Assembly (NCBI GenBank): GCA_910578795.1
Contig: CAJTSD010000010.1
Span: forward strand, 10,898 to 74,897
From: an uncultured Lachnospiraceae bacterium
Lineage (GTDB): Bacteria > Bacillota > Clostridia > Lachnospirales > Lachnospiraceae
Length of the DNA: 64,000 bases
Direction: 5' to 3'
The notes under the pieces were generated by a model that made no database searches, was not told the DNA's origin, and worked only from the letters and a program-made list of their open reading frames with translations. Below are positions 38,316 to 47,067 of this stretch, piece after piece (within the stretch, counting starts at the first letter, position 1; each line of letters starts with the position of its first letter). The translations under genes were made by a program, and so were the position numbers.

Positions 38316-39046
38316 TCAGAGTATTACCAATATTATTTAATACAGAAATGGTGAAAGCAGTAGAAAGGAAGGTGAATCCCAAAACAGCCACTAGAAGGGT
38401 TATAAAAGGGTTTATACCTAATGATGCAGTTTGGGGATACACAATATTTACACCGGAAGGCTGCATATCATGCCGCGGAACATTCGCAGACGGATATGGA
38501 GAGAAATTCTTTAAACTTCCCTGTCAGCCAAAGGATATTCTGTATGTAAGAGAAAAATGGTGCAGGAATACAAATTTTGAAGAGTATTATTATGCAGCAA
38601 AAAGGAAACCGGGGGCCGATGCGCCATATGGATTAAAGTGGCGGCCTTCCATCCATATGCCAAAAGAAGCTGCCCGCATTTGGTTAAAGGTAACAGATGT
38701 GAGGCCGGAACGGCTGCAGGATATCACACATGTGGATATTATCATGGAAGGGGTTAAACCAGAGTATATTGATGCCGCCAGTGGAGAAAAAACAAGGAAT
38801 GATTTTTCTAAATTGTGGGATTCCACGATAAAAAAGTCAAAACTCGGGATATATGGCTGGAAAGCCAATCCCTGGGTGTGGGCAATAGAATTTGAACGCT
38901 GCGAAAAGCCTGAACCATGTATTCTGAAAGGAATAGGGTCGGCAGAGGATAAAAGACCCTGCATCGGTTACGGTGATGCGTGGGCCGACGAACCTTGTGA
39001 GATGTGCAAAGGATGCAGACAATGCACAGGGAGAGAAGAAGATTAA
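38312..39046 (+). CDS. conserved phage protein (ASCH/PUA-like N-terminus, Cys-rich C-terminus)
   Basis: N-terminus LPILFNTEMVKAVERKVNPKTATRR, common in phage early modules. C-terminal CxxCxxCxxC cluster. Confidence 0.45.
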   Translation: MIRVLPILFNTEMVKAVERKVNPKTATRRVIKGFIPNDAVWGYTIFTPEGCISCRGTFADGYGEKFFKLPCQPKDILYVREKWCRNTNFEEYYYAAKRKPGADAPYGLKWRPSIHMPKEAARIWLKVTDVRPERLQDITHVDIIMEGVKPEYIDAASGEKTRNDFSKLWDSTIKKSKLGIYGWKANPWVWAIEFERCEKPEPCILKGIGSAEDKRPCIGYGDAWADEPCEMCKGCRQCTGREED

Positions 39047-39090
39047 CACAATTACAATCAGGGCAGCAGTTTTGGAGAAAGGAAAAACAT

Positions 39091-39369
39091 ATGACATATA
39101 AAGAGCTGCCAATAGGGCAGAAAATAAAAATTAACGAACGTGAATTCGACGATAAAACCGGAAGAACGCGTACTGTAAAAAGACAGTACACAGTATCTGC
39201 AAAATATCCGCACATGTGCATTGTGGAAAGCAGAAAAGGCAGCAGAAAAAGAGGCCTGTCACTCGGCGATTTGGTCATAAACGGAATAATCGAACAGAGG
39301 GCAGAACTTGAAGCGCTCCGGAAAGAACCGGTTTCAAGGACATTCAGGAAAGGAGAAGCACGGAAATGA
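39091..39369 (+). CDS. hypothetical protein
   Basis: The ATG at 39091 follows GGAGAAAGGAAA. 92 aa. Confidence 0.5.
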   Translation: MTYKELPIGQKIKINEREFDDKTGRTRTVKRQYTVSAKYPHMCIVESRKGSRKRGLSLGDLVINGIIEQRAELEALRKEPVSRTFRKGEARK

Positions 39370-39836
39370 AATTAAAAAACATGAAACGAAGCGAGGATAC
39401 TGAACAGATAAAGGTAATCCGCTGGGCAGCAGCGGCAGAATGCAGGTATCCGGAATTAAAATGGCTGCACCACATACCAAACGGAGGCACGCGGAATAGC
39501 CAGGAAGCGATAAAGCTGAAAAACATGGGGGTAAAACCGGGAATATCAGACCTGCATTTTCCCTTCCCGCATGGAAGATACCACGGGCTGTACATAGAAA
39601 TGAAATACGGAAAGAATGTAACCACGCAGAAACAGTCAGAGTTCCTGTGTGACATGTGCGATGCAAGGCATTGTGTAGCAGTCTGCCATGATGCACAGTC
39701 GGCAATAAAGTTAATAGAGGAGTATATAAACCTTCCGGAGAATGGCTTAGTCGATCCGGATGAACTGGAAAAAAGCAGTTACCACTTTGACGATGACGGC
39801 ATCTGCCACATACAGTCGCTTGATCCTTTTGCCTGA
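39366..39836 (+). CDS. VRR-NUC domain nuclease
   Basis: EDTEQIKVIRW, GVKPGISDL, LYIEMKYGKN: a PD-(D/E)xK arrangement typical of VRR-NUC. Confidence 0.8.
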   Translation: MKLKNMKRSEDTEQIKVIRWAAAAECRYPELKWLHHIPNGGTRNSQEAIKLKNMGVKPGISDLHFPFPHGRYHGLYIEMKYGKNVTTQKQSEFLCDMCDARHCVAVCHDAQSAIKLIEEYINLPENGLVDPDELEKSSYHFDDDGICHIQSLDPFA

Positions 39837-39880
39837 AAAGGATTTATATATCACGAAACAATAAAAAAGCAATAAAGAGT

Positions 39881-39906
39881 CTCCGGATCCTGCTGTGGTC
39901 CGGAGG
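39881..39906 (+). repeat. 26-bp hairpin element, copy 1
   Basis: ctccggatcctgctgtggtccggagg: stem CTCCGGA/TCCGGAG. Identical to 43714-43739. Lies 16 nt upstream of the ATG at 39923. Confidence 0.9.
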
Positions 39907-39922
39907 GAAAGGAGTACGGGAT

Positions 39923-40423
39923 ATGTTTGAAATATTCGGGGAAATGGATTCCGCAGAGGAAATCAATAAAACCGCGGAGGGATTAAAAAACGAAGGCGAT
40001 AATGAGAACCTTCTGAAGCTTGCACAGGAGAACGGCATTGACGCCGCATTTGCCCAGATGTATTATGCAGGTGAAACAGAAAGCCTTTGCGACGCCGCAA
40101 CTGCGGCAATCGGAAAAACAGAGGCGGAGGCAGCAGAGCTGAAGCCGGTTGAAATTATGGCTGACTGGGTGGAATATATCAAGGCATCGTGTCTTAACAA
40201 TGAGGAGCTTGCGCTTGCTGTCCGCAGGAAGGGAAAAAGCCTGAAGGGATGCATCGGTCACCTGCTCCGGTGGTCTTTCAATGCACGCTATAAGGTGGAC
40301 AAAGACATCATTAAGGCAGCGGGGATCAGCGCCGCGTCAGTGGAAATGGGAATACCCGGAATGGGACGCGCAAAAAAACTAATAAAGGAATACTATCTGA
40401 AACAGGGAGGCGGAGAAAAATGA
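39923..40423 (+). CDS. hypothetical protein (possibly PcfK-like)
   Basis: 166-aa acidic helical protein immediately upstream of, and overlapping, a PcfJ-like gene. The family assignment rests on position only. Confidence 0.35.
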   Translation: MFEIFGEMDSAEEINKTAEGLKNEGDNENLLKLAQENGIDAAFAQMYYAGETESLCDAATAAIGKTEAEAAELKPVEIMADWVEYIKASCLNNEELALAVRRKGKSLKGCIGHLLRWSFNARYKVDKDIIKAAGISAASVEMGIPGMGRAKKLIKEYYLKQGGGEK

Positions 40424-42531
40424 GGAAAGCGGGACTTCTTGACCAAAAACCCATGACGGCGACGCGCAGGATGCTTGAAACGGCAAAAAACGACACCGGC
40501 ACGGTAAAATATGCACAGTTCACATATTCCCCGAGCCGTAAATACACGGAATATGAATCGCGGTATTATTTCAGAGCGGCGCCGTCCGCACTGCAGGGGA
40601 TACTCGAAGTGGACCTGTTTACGAGAAAGGACCTTGCGGAAGGAAGAAAAGAACCGCGTTTCCGGATATTCCTTGATTACGAAAATAAGGATTTCATAAG
40701 CTGGAATGTCACGGAGCAAAAATGGAGCAGGGCAAAAATAGACATGATTGATGCGGGCGATGAACGGTACCTGTATTCCTACCGGGGAAGGAATTACGCG
40801 GCGGAAACCACGCGGAAGCTTGTGAACAGGCATCTTGGGACCGGAAACATGCAGGACGTGGAGACGGCGGTGTTTGAGTTCCAGCTGCGCGTAAGAAAGG
40901 AAGAGCTGAAAAGCCGGCACAGGCTTGTAACGGATGCAATTGATGCATACATGGACACAGTGCCCGGCAGGCTTCCCGCGGACTGGATGCGGTTTATTAA
41001 CAGGCGTGTGCTGGAAAAAGGCCACTGTATCCTGTATGACGCGCAGAGCGGTACCGGATACTGCACATGCTGCAGGCTCCATGTGCGCGTGCCCGGCACC
41101 GTGCGCCACAATATGCCCGGAAAATGCACGTGCGGCAGCAGGATTACATATAAAAGATGGAAAATGCAGAAGCACATCACATACGACACAAAGGCGTCGC
41201 TGGTACAGAAATGCACGGACGGGCGGAGCTTCGTATACAGGCAGTTCGATGTCAGCATGAAAGCGGAGCGCGAAAAAGGATACATTCCCGAAATAACATT
41301 CCATGAGAATTACAGAAAGCTGTTTGCAATTACGGACGGCAGGGGGCCGCTGCGGGAAACAGTGTCATGTGAATGGGGCTCTTTCAGGCAGACAGGTGTG
41401 GTCAGGTGGTGTGGAGAAGGAACGATAAACCGCGGCTACGGTTACGGCTACAGCGCATATGCGAGGAGCGTGCTGTACACATCAAACCTCAAAAAAACGT
41501 TAAAGGGCACAAAGCTGCAGCATGTCCCCGCAGCTGAAATCATAAAAGGCATTGAAAAAGTAAACGCTATTGCGGTTTTTGGAGACATGGGAATGGGCTT
41601 TCCCTATGAAGCATTCTGGAAAATGGGGCTGAAACGTTTTGTACTTGAACGTGCAGAACGGGACGGCGCGAACGGGCTTGTACATACCGACACGGATGCC
41701 CGGAAACCCTGGCAGTATCTGGGAATAACAAAAGAAGCCATGAGGCAGGCGGTAAGGCTTAACGCCACCGGCCAGCAGCTGCGGATTATACAGCGCGCAG
41801 CGGAAGCAGGGGTAAAGCTTGAAGATGGGCAGATCCTGTGGCTGGATAAAAACGTCGGCGTGAGCGTGCTGATGAAATACTTTTCACTCCACACGCCGCA
41901 CAGGATAATCCGGTACATGAAGGAAAACGCGGGAATACCGGAGGAAGGCGACGCCGGAAAGGAAAAGCTGCACCTGTGGGAAGATTACCTTGACACTGCA
42001 GGGCAGCTGCACTGGAACCTGGGCGACAGGGACGTGTTCTTCCCCCAGAATATACAGAGGGCGCATGATGAGGCAGCGAATGTGTTTATGCTCGAAAAGG
42101 AAAAAGAAGACGCGGAAAAAATGAAGCGCAGCGACCTTATAATGCACGGGCATGCAAAAAAGATAAAGAAAGTGTTCTGCTACAGGGACAAAAAATATAT
42201 GATAAAAGTCCCGGGACGCTACCTTGATTTCCAAAAAGAAGGGCAGGCGCAGCATAACTGCGTGGCGACATACTACGAAAAGGCATTAAAAGCCGAATGC
42301 ATTATACTGTTTATCCGGAGACGGACGGAACCGGACAAACAGTTCTGCACGGTGGAAATCCAAAACACCGGCGGCAGGTTCAGGATAATGCAGAACCGGA
42401 CGGCATACAACGAACCTGCGCCGCAGGATGCGCAGGAATTCATGCAGAAAGCAGTAAAAGCAGCACAAAAAATAGCAGACAGAATGCCGGCAGAAGAAAA
42501 AACGGAAATCCGCATTCAGACAGCGGTATAG
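40420..42531 (+). CDS. PcfJ-like protein
   Basis: 703 aa. The C-terminal block QHNCVATYYEKALKAECIILFIRRRTEPDKQFCTVEIQ is typical of the PcfJ domain. Internal Cys4 ribbon (CTCC...CTCG). Confidence 0.65.
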   Translation: MRKAGLLDQKPMTATRRMLETAKNDTGTVKYAQFTYSPSRKYTEYESRYYFRAAPSALQGILEVDLFTRKDLAEGRKEPRFRIFLDYENKDFISWNVTEQKWSRAKIDMIDAGDERYLYSYRGRNYAAETTRKLVNRHLGTGNMQDVETAVFEFQLRVRKEELKSRHRLVTDAIDAYMDTVPGRLPADWMRFINRRVLEKGHCILYDAQSGTGYCTCCRLHVRVPGTVRHNMPGKCTCGSRITYKRWKMQKHITYDTKASLVQKCTDGRSFVYRQFDVSMKAEREKGYIPEITFHENYRKLFAITDGRGPLRETVSCEWGSFRQTGVVRWCGEGTINRGYGYGYSAYARSVLYTSNLKKTLKGTKLQHVPAAEIIKGIEKVNAIAVFGDMGMGFPYEAFWKMGLKRFVLERAERDGANGLVHTDTDARKPWQYLGITKEAMRQAVRLNATGQQLRIIQRAAEAGVKLEDGQILWLDKNVGVSVLMKYFSLHTPHRIIRYMKENAGIPEEGDAGKEKLHLWEDYLDTAGQLHWNLGDRDVFFPQNIQRAHDEAANVFMLEKEKEDAEKMKRSDLIMHGHAKKIKKVFCYRDKKYMIKVPGRYLDFQKEGQAQHNCVATYYEKALKAECIILFIRRRTEPDKQFCTVEIQNTGGRFRIMQNRTAYNEPAPQDAQEFMQKAVKAAQKIADRMPAEEKTEIRIQTAV

Positions 42532-42540
42532 GAGGAATAT

Positions 42541-43689
42541 ATGGAGCAGTTAACATTAAGCCTTGACGACTACGCTGAGGTAAAGCACAAAATAAAGGAA
42601 AAGCTAAACGAAACGGTCTACAATTTTATTATAATCGGCTATTATCTCAAGCAGGTAAGGGACAGCGGGGCATTCCGCAAAGACGGATACAGAAGCATGG
42701 AGGAATTTGCCCGCGCCGAATACGGGCTTTCGGCAGGTACGGCAAGCCGTTTCATGGACATCAACACGGAGTTTTCAAAGGACGGAAACAGCGTTGAAAT
42801 AAAGGATGAATACCGCGGATTCGCGTACAGCAAGCTTCAGGAGATGCTTACCGTAATGCCGGAGGACAGGGAGCTGGTAACGGAGCATACGACCGTGCAG
42901 CAGATACGGGAGATAAAACAGGCGGAAAAAGAGGAAAAGCAGTCGGACAGGGAGAGGGAGCAGAAAAACATGCCCCTGATGCAGATGGCGGCGCCGGACA
43001 ACCTGCCAAAGAAAACAGAGGAAGAAACAGGGAATGAGACGGAGCCGTCAGCCCCGCCGGATCCTTTCAGGGATATAATGACAGATTTTTGGAAAGAAAA
43101 CGCGGAACTGTACAGTAAAGCATTATCAGGAATGCTGACGCCTGAAATCGCGGCAGAGGAAATCTGCCCTTCCGGCAGCAGGACATACAGAAAAGGCACA
43201 AACATGCTGTTCTTCTATGATTTTGACAGGGGATTAAAGCTGAGAAGCTATACAGACGGAAAACCTGTTATTACGGCGTACACATATCAGGAGCTTTTGG
43301 AAAAAACAGCGGGCATGGACACTGCACCTGTAAAGGAGAAGGATGGACATCAGCCGGAAAATGCGGTTGCGACGCCGCAATATGGACAGGCAGAAAATGC
43401 GGCAAACAATGAAGCTGCTGAAGAAACACAGGCAGAAAAGGACACAGTAATCGACGGGGAATACAGGGAGCTTGAAAGCGGAAGAAAAAAAGACGGCGAA
43501 AAGAGTGCGGACGGACAGCAGGCAGGGTATATGGATGAAGAGATTAAACATGCAATAGATTATTTTGACACAGAGCATTCACGCATGGCCGGGCTCGGAC
43601 AGGACAGCGCGAAAAGAAGAAATTACAAAATAGCGCTTGAATGCATACGCAGGTGTTACAAATCCATAGCAGAAGAGATGGATTATTAA
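42541..43689 (+). CDS. DUF3102-like protein
   Basis: N-terminal region IIIGYYLKQVRDSGAFRKDGYRSMEEFARAEYGLSAGTASRFMDI. Acidic low-complexity centre. Confidence 0.4.
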   Translation: MEQLTLSLDDYAEVKHKIKEKLNETVYNFIIIGYYLKQVRDSGAFRKDGYRSMEEFARAEYGLSAGTASRFMDINTEFSKDGNSVEIKDEYRGFAYSKLQEMLTVMPEDRELVTEHTTVQQIREIKQAEKEEKQSDREREQKNMPLMQMAAPDNLPKKTEEETGNETEPSAPPDPFRDIMTDFWKENAELYSKALSGMLTPEIAAEEICPSGSRTYRKGTNMLFFYDFDRGLKLRSYTDGKPVITAYTYQELLEKTAGMDTAPVKEKDGHQPENAVATPQYGQAENAANNEAAEETQAEKDTVIDGEYRELESGRKKDGEKSADGQQAGYMDEEIKHAIDYFDTEHSRMAGLGQDSAKRRNYKIALECIRRCYKSIAEEMDY

Positions 43690-43713
43690 CTGATAACAGA
43701 CAGATAATGCAGC

Positions 43714-43739
43714 CTCCGGATCCTGCTGTGGTCCGGAGG
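43714..43739 (+). repeat. 26-bp hairpin element, copy 2
   Basis: Identical to 39881-39906. Lies 23 nt upstream of the ATG at 43763. Confidence 0.9.
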
Positions 43740-43762
43740 AAAAAGGAGAGGGGTGAAGCAAA

Positions 43763-44161
43763 ATGAACATAAAGGATTTCAAGAAGGGTCAGACTGTTTA
43801 TATTCTTGATATACACAAAGGCCGGAATACGGAACCGACAATATACAAAGCCGTTGTGGACAGCGCTGGGAGAAAATATGTCACAACAGACAGAGGCGGA
43901 AAATATGAAACTTCCAACGATGAATACAGTCTGACTGAACATACCGGCTGTGGCAGCAGGACATATCTCTGCCCAAGCATGGAATATGCACAACTGTATA
44001 TTGAGCGTGAGGAACTGAAAATGTGGCTTTATAATATGCCGCACCTGAACAGGAAATATACACTGGATCAGCTCAGGAAGGTAAAGGAGATACTGGACGG
44101 AGAAATAAACAAAGGAGCTGACAGCCAATGCACATATCAAAACACGCCAGGCAGCGCATGA
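43763..44161 (+). CDS. hypothetical protein
   Basis: 132 aa. SD AAAGGAGAGG. Confidence 0.5.
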   Translation: MNIKDFKKGQTVYILDIHKGRNTEPTIYKAVVDSAGRKYVTTDRGGKYETSNDEYSLTEHTGCGSRTYLCPSMEYAQLYIEREELKMWLYNMPHLNRKYTLDQLRKVKEILDGEINKGADSQCTYQNTPGSA

Positions 44162-44415
44162 AAGAACGCTGCGGATTTAATAAAAAATCGCAGGAACGCA
44201 TGTCGAAGAAAGCGCTTGAGTGCGGAATAACCCACGCATAGACCAAAGGCAGGCTGAACAAATGGATAACAAGCCTGTTCTTCAAAAATACCAATGCGAA
44301 CAATATACGGATATACGGCGACAATGCATATATATTTTGTAGAGAAACACTTGTCACTGTCATTCCCGTTCCCGCTAATATAAAGAAAGACATGGACAAA
44401 ATGATAAGGAGATGA
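44128..44415 (+). pseudogene. small DUF4258-like phage ORF interrupted by an in-frame TAG (pseudogene or read-through gene)
   Basis: AAAGGAG lies 10 nt upstream of the ATG at 44128. 37 codons, then TAG at 44239-44241, then 57 further open codons with no internal start. It ends at TGA 44413-44415, overlapping the next gene's ATG (ATGA). Confidence 0.55.
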
Positions 44416-44948
44416 AAAAGATGCTGCGACCGGCACAACTATATGAAGCAGAGCTTCAGGAAGAAAACATTAAATCATGGTACAAACCGGAAAACATATA
44501 CTGGCATGGAAGGGCAGGCGATAGCACGTTGGAGCTGACTGATGATAATTACGACCGTCACTGTTTTGTATCGGTTGATAAAGACGACAATATCATTGGA
44601 TACATAAGCTATCACATTGACTGGACTGCAATGTCCGCCGACAGGTTCGGCATCATCAGTTTCAGAAAAGGCAGCATGGAATTTGCCAAAGACCTGTATA
44701 AAGTGGTATGTGACCTTTTTGAGGTCTACCACATGAACAGAATATCGTGGGGCGCCTACGAGGATAATCCGGCAGTAAGAGGATACCGCAATTTTATCAA
44801 AAAGCATGGCGGAAGGGAATGCGGGCATTACAGACAAGTTGTAAAGCTTCAGGACGGAAAGCTGCATGACAGCGTTTCATTCGAGATACTGGCAGCAGAG
44901 TTTGTCAGAAAAAACAAAATACAAGGTCGAAAACTAAATAATAAATAA
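44412..44948 (+). CDS. GNAT-family N-acetyltransferase
   Basis: 178 aa. RimJ/RimL-like pattern (FGIISFRKG..., MNRISWGAYEDNPAVRGYRNFIKKHGG). Confidence 0.65.
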   Translation: MKKMLRPAQLYEAELQEENIKSWYKPENIYWHGRAGDSTLELTDDNYDRHCFVSVDKDDNIIGYISYHIDWTAMSADRFGIISFRKGSMEFAKDLYKVVCDLFEVYHMNRISWGAYEDNPAVRGYRNFIKKHGGRECGHYRQVVKLQDGKLHDSVSFEILAAEFVRKNKIQGRKLNNK

Positions 44949-45070
44949 AAAAATAAGTGACAGCACCGGCCAAAGTACCTGTCACTTATCACAAATCGTC
45001 TAAGAAAAGTATATCACTTTAATGTTTCTTAGACAAGTAAAATTTTTTACCGGCAGCAGGAGGGAAGACG

Positions 45071-46087
45071 ATGAACACAAAAGAAAGAGTAAGAAATAAT
45101 ATACTTGTTGGGATGAAAATGCACCTTGATATATGCACAATGGCAGTACTGGATGCAGTTATAGTGAAAGCAGTGCAGAATGTGGAGATAACAGAAACAT
45201 CCACTCTTCCGGCGACGTTTGATGATACAAACAGATATATAATGAGTCTGTTTGACACAAAGAAAGCTCCGAAACTAAGCCCGAAAACAGTGGAATATTA
45301 CAAAAGCACCCTGAATGAGTTCGTGGCACTTATAAATAAGCCGCTTAACAAAATCAGTGAGTCGGACGTTGAGTATTATTTGTTAACCAAGAAACCAAGC
45401 AACACAAACGCATCGCTGAACAATCTCCGCCGCAACCTGTCAGCGTTCTTTAACTGGATGCGGAAAGAGAAGATAATAAGCGAAAATCCCTGCGACGGAA
45501 TAGAGCCATACGCGGCAGTCGAAAGACCGATTGACCATATGGAAGCTACGGACGTGGAGAAACTTAAACTTGGGTGTATACATAAACGGGACAGGGCATT
45601 GATAGAATTTATGAGGTCGACGGCAATAAGGAGAGGAGAAATTCCGCTTGTAAAAGTCTGCGATATAGATTTCAGAAGCGGAAAGCTGATAATATTCAGC
45701 GAAAAGACACAGAAATACAGAACCGTTTTTCTTGATGATGTTGCAATACATTATATACAGGAATATTTAAAAGACAGGGGAATAACAGAGGGCAGCAGGG
45801 AACCGCTGTTCACATATCTACGGGGAGATAAAACAAAGGCACTGGATGTTGACGGGATATACGCAAGTATAAAAGATATAGCTAAAAGGGCAGGAATGGG
45901 CAGGCGTGTATATCCGCATCTTTTCAGGAAAACGACCGCAACAAACATCTGCAGGCGCGGAGGCAGCGAAGACGCGGCAGGGGAATATCTTGGACATGCT
46001 CCAAGAAATGTAACGGGAAAACATTACACATACAAAGGAGACAGACATATTGAGCAGATATTCCATAATTATGTAGAGGCAGTATGA
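45071..46087 (+). CDS. second tyrosine recombinase (XerC/D / phage integrase family)
   Basis: 338 aa. RRGE, HLFRKTTAT, GHAPRNVTGKHY catalytic blocks. SD GGAGGGAAG. Confidence 0.88.
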   Translation: MNTKERVRNNILVGMKMHLDICTMAVLDAVIVKAVQNVEITETSTLPATFDDTNRYIMSLFDTKKAPKLSPKTVEYYKSTLNEFVALINKPLNKISESDVEYYLLTKKPSNTNASLNNLRRNLSAFFNWMRKEKIISENPCDGIEPYAAVERPIDHMEATDVEKLKLGCIHKRDRALIEFMRSTAIRRGEIPLVKVCDIDFRSGKLIIFSEKTQKYRTVFLDDVAIHYIQEYLKDRGITEGSREPLFTYLRGDKTKALDVDGIYASIKDIAKRAGMGRRVYPHLFRKTTATNICRRGGSEDAAGEYLGHAPRNVTGKHYTYKGDRHIEQIFHNYVEAV

Positions 46088-46193
46088 AAATATAAGCAAA
46101 ACATTTTTAAATTCCTAGGACAATTTTGAAAGTTGATATTTAAATTAAAACGCGATATACTATAAACAGATGTACGAAATAAAAAAAGAGCCT

Positions 46194-46232
46194 AGAGCCG
46201 TATATGTAGAAATACATAAGCGGCTCTTTTTA
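46194..46232 (+). terminator. intrinsic terminator after the second recombinase
   Basis: agagccg-tatgta / tacata-cggctct hairpin followed by TTTTT. Confidence 0.7.
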
Positions 46233-46254
46233 TATTAACAGGCAGGTGACGAGA

Positions 46255-47067
46255 ATGGGAAAGAAAAATCCCCTTGTGGACAGGGCGGCAGAGATGTTTC
46301 AGGCAGGAAAGAGCATGGCAGATATTGCAAGGAGCCTTGATATTCCGGACAGTACAGTGCGCAGATGGAAAAACACATATAAATGGGAAACAACTCATCC
46401 GAACGGCGAACGAAAAAAACGTTCAAAAAGCGGACGTTCGGATAAGTTAAAAATATCAAAAAACGACGGCACAAAACAGACTATGGAAAACAAGGAGCTG
46501 ACCGAGCAGGAACGCTTATTTTGCTTGTATTATATCAATTCTTATAATGCCACAATGAGCTATAAAAAAGCATACAAATGCGACTATGAAACGGCCAATA
46601 AAATAGCATATAGATTGTTGGTAAAAGTTGGTATAAAAAACGAAATCGAACGACTGAAAGAAATCAAGCGGCAGCAGGTGATAATTGAAGAGATAGATAT
46701 CGTCGAATTACAGATGCGGATCGCGTTCTCAAATATCGGTGATGTCGTTGACATCAAAAACAATAATATGTCTGTAAAACCGTTCGAAGAAATTGACACA
46801 CAGATGATCCGGGAAGTAAAAAGTACCAAAGACGGAATCGGAATAAAGATGGAGGACAGACAGAAGGCGTTCAACTGGCTTACAAAATATTTCCTGATGC
46901 ATCCGGATGACAAATACAAAGCAGAATTTGACCGAAAAAGAGCGGAGGCAGGTAATGCATCAATTGACAAACTTCTTGAGAATATGCAGACACTTGCTGA
47001 TATATTCCGCGAACCAAAAGAAAACAGATCCTTAGAGGAACTTGAAGGAGAGGAGGACAATGAATAA
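46255..47067 (+). CDS. terS: terminase small subunit
   Basis: N-terminal HTH (KSMADIARSLDIPDSTVRRWK) plus a terminase_2-like core (ERLFCLYYINSYNATMSYKKAY). Confidence 0.85.
   Translation: MGKKNPLVDRAAEMFQAGKSMADIARSLDIPDSTVRRWKNTYKWETTHPNGERKKRSKSGRSDKLKISKNDGTKQTMENKELTEQERLFCLYYINSYNATMSYKKAYKCDYETANKIAYRLLVKVGIKNEIERLKEIKRQQVIIEEIDIVELQMRIAFSNIGDVVDIKNNNMSVKPFEEIDTQMIREVKSTKDGIGIKMEDRQKAFNWLTKYFLMHPDDKYKAEFDRKRAEAGNASIDKLLENMQTLADIFREPKENRSLEELEGEEDNE

Noticed and set aside
44128-44948. Small ORF + GNAT as a TacA/TacT-type (RHH-GNAT) toxin-antitoxin pair
   Set aside because: The upstream ORF does not look like a DUF1778/RHH antitoxin. The GNAT resembles RimJ/RimL-type enzymes rather than the compact TacT/AtaT toxins.
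29249-46232. Two tandem elements (a satellite/PICI with int-rep, then a separate prophage starting at the second recombinase)
   Set aside because: There is no second copy of the tRNA 3' end or any att-like repeat near 45 kb. The region right of 45 kb lacks its own lysogeny and replication module. The gene order fits one phage.
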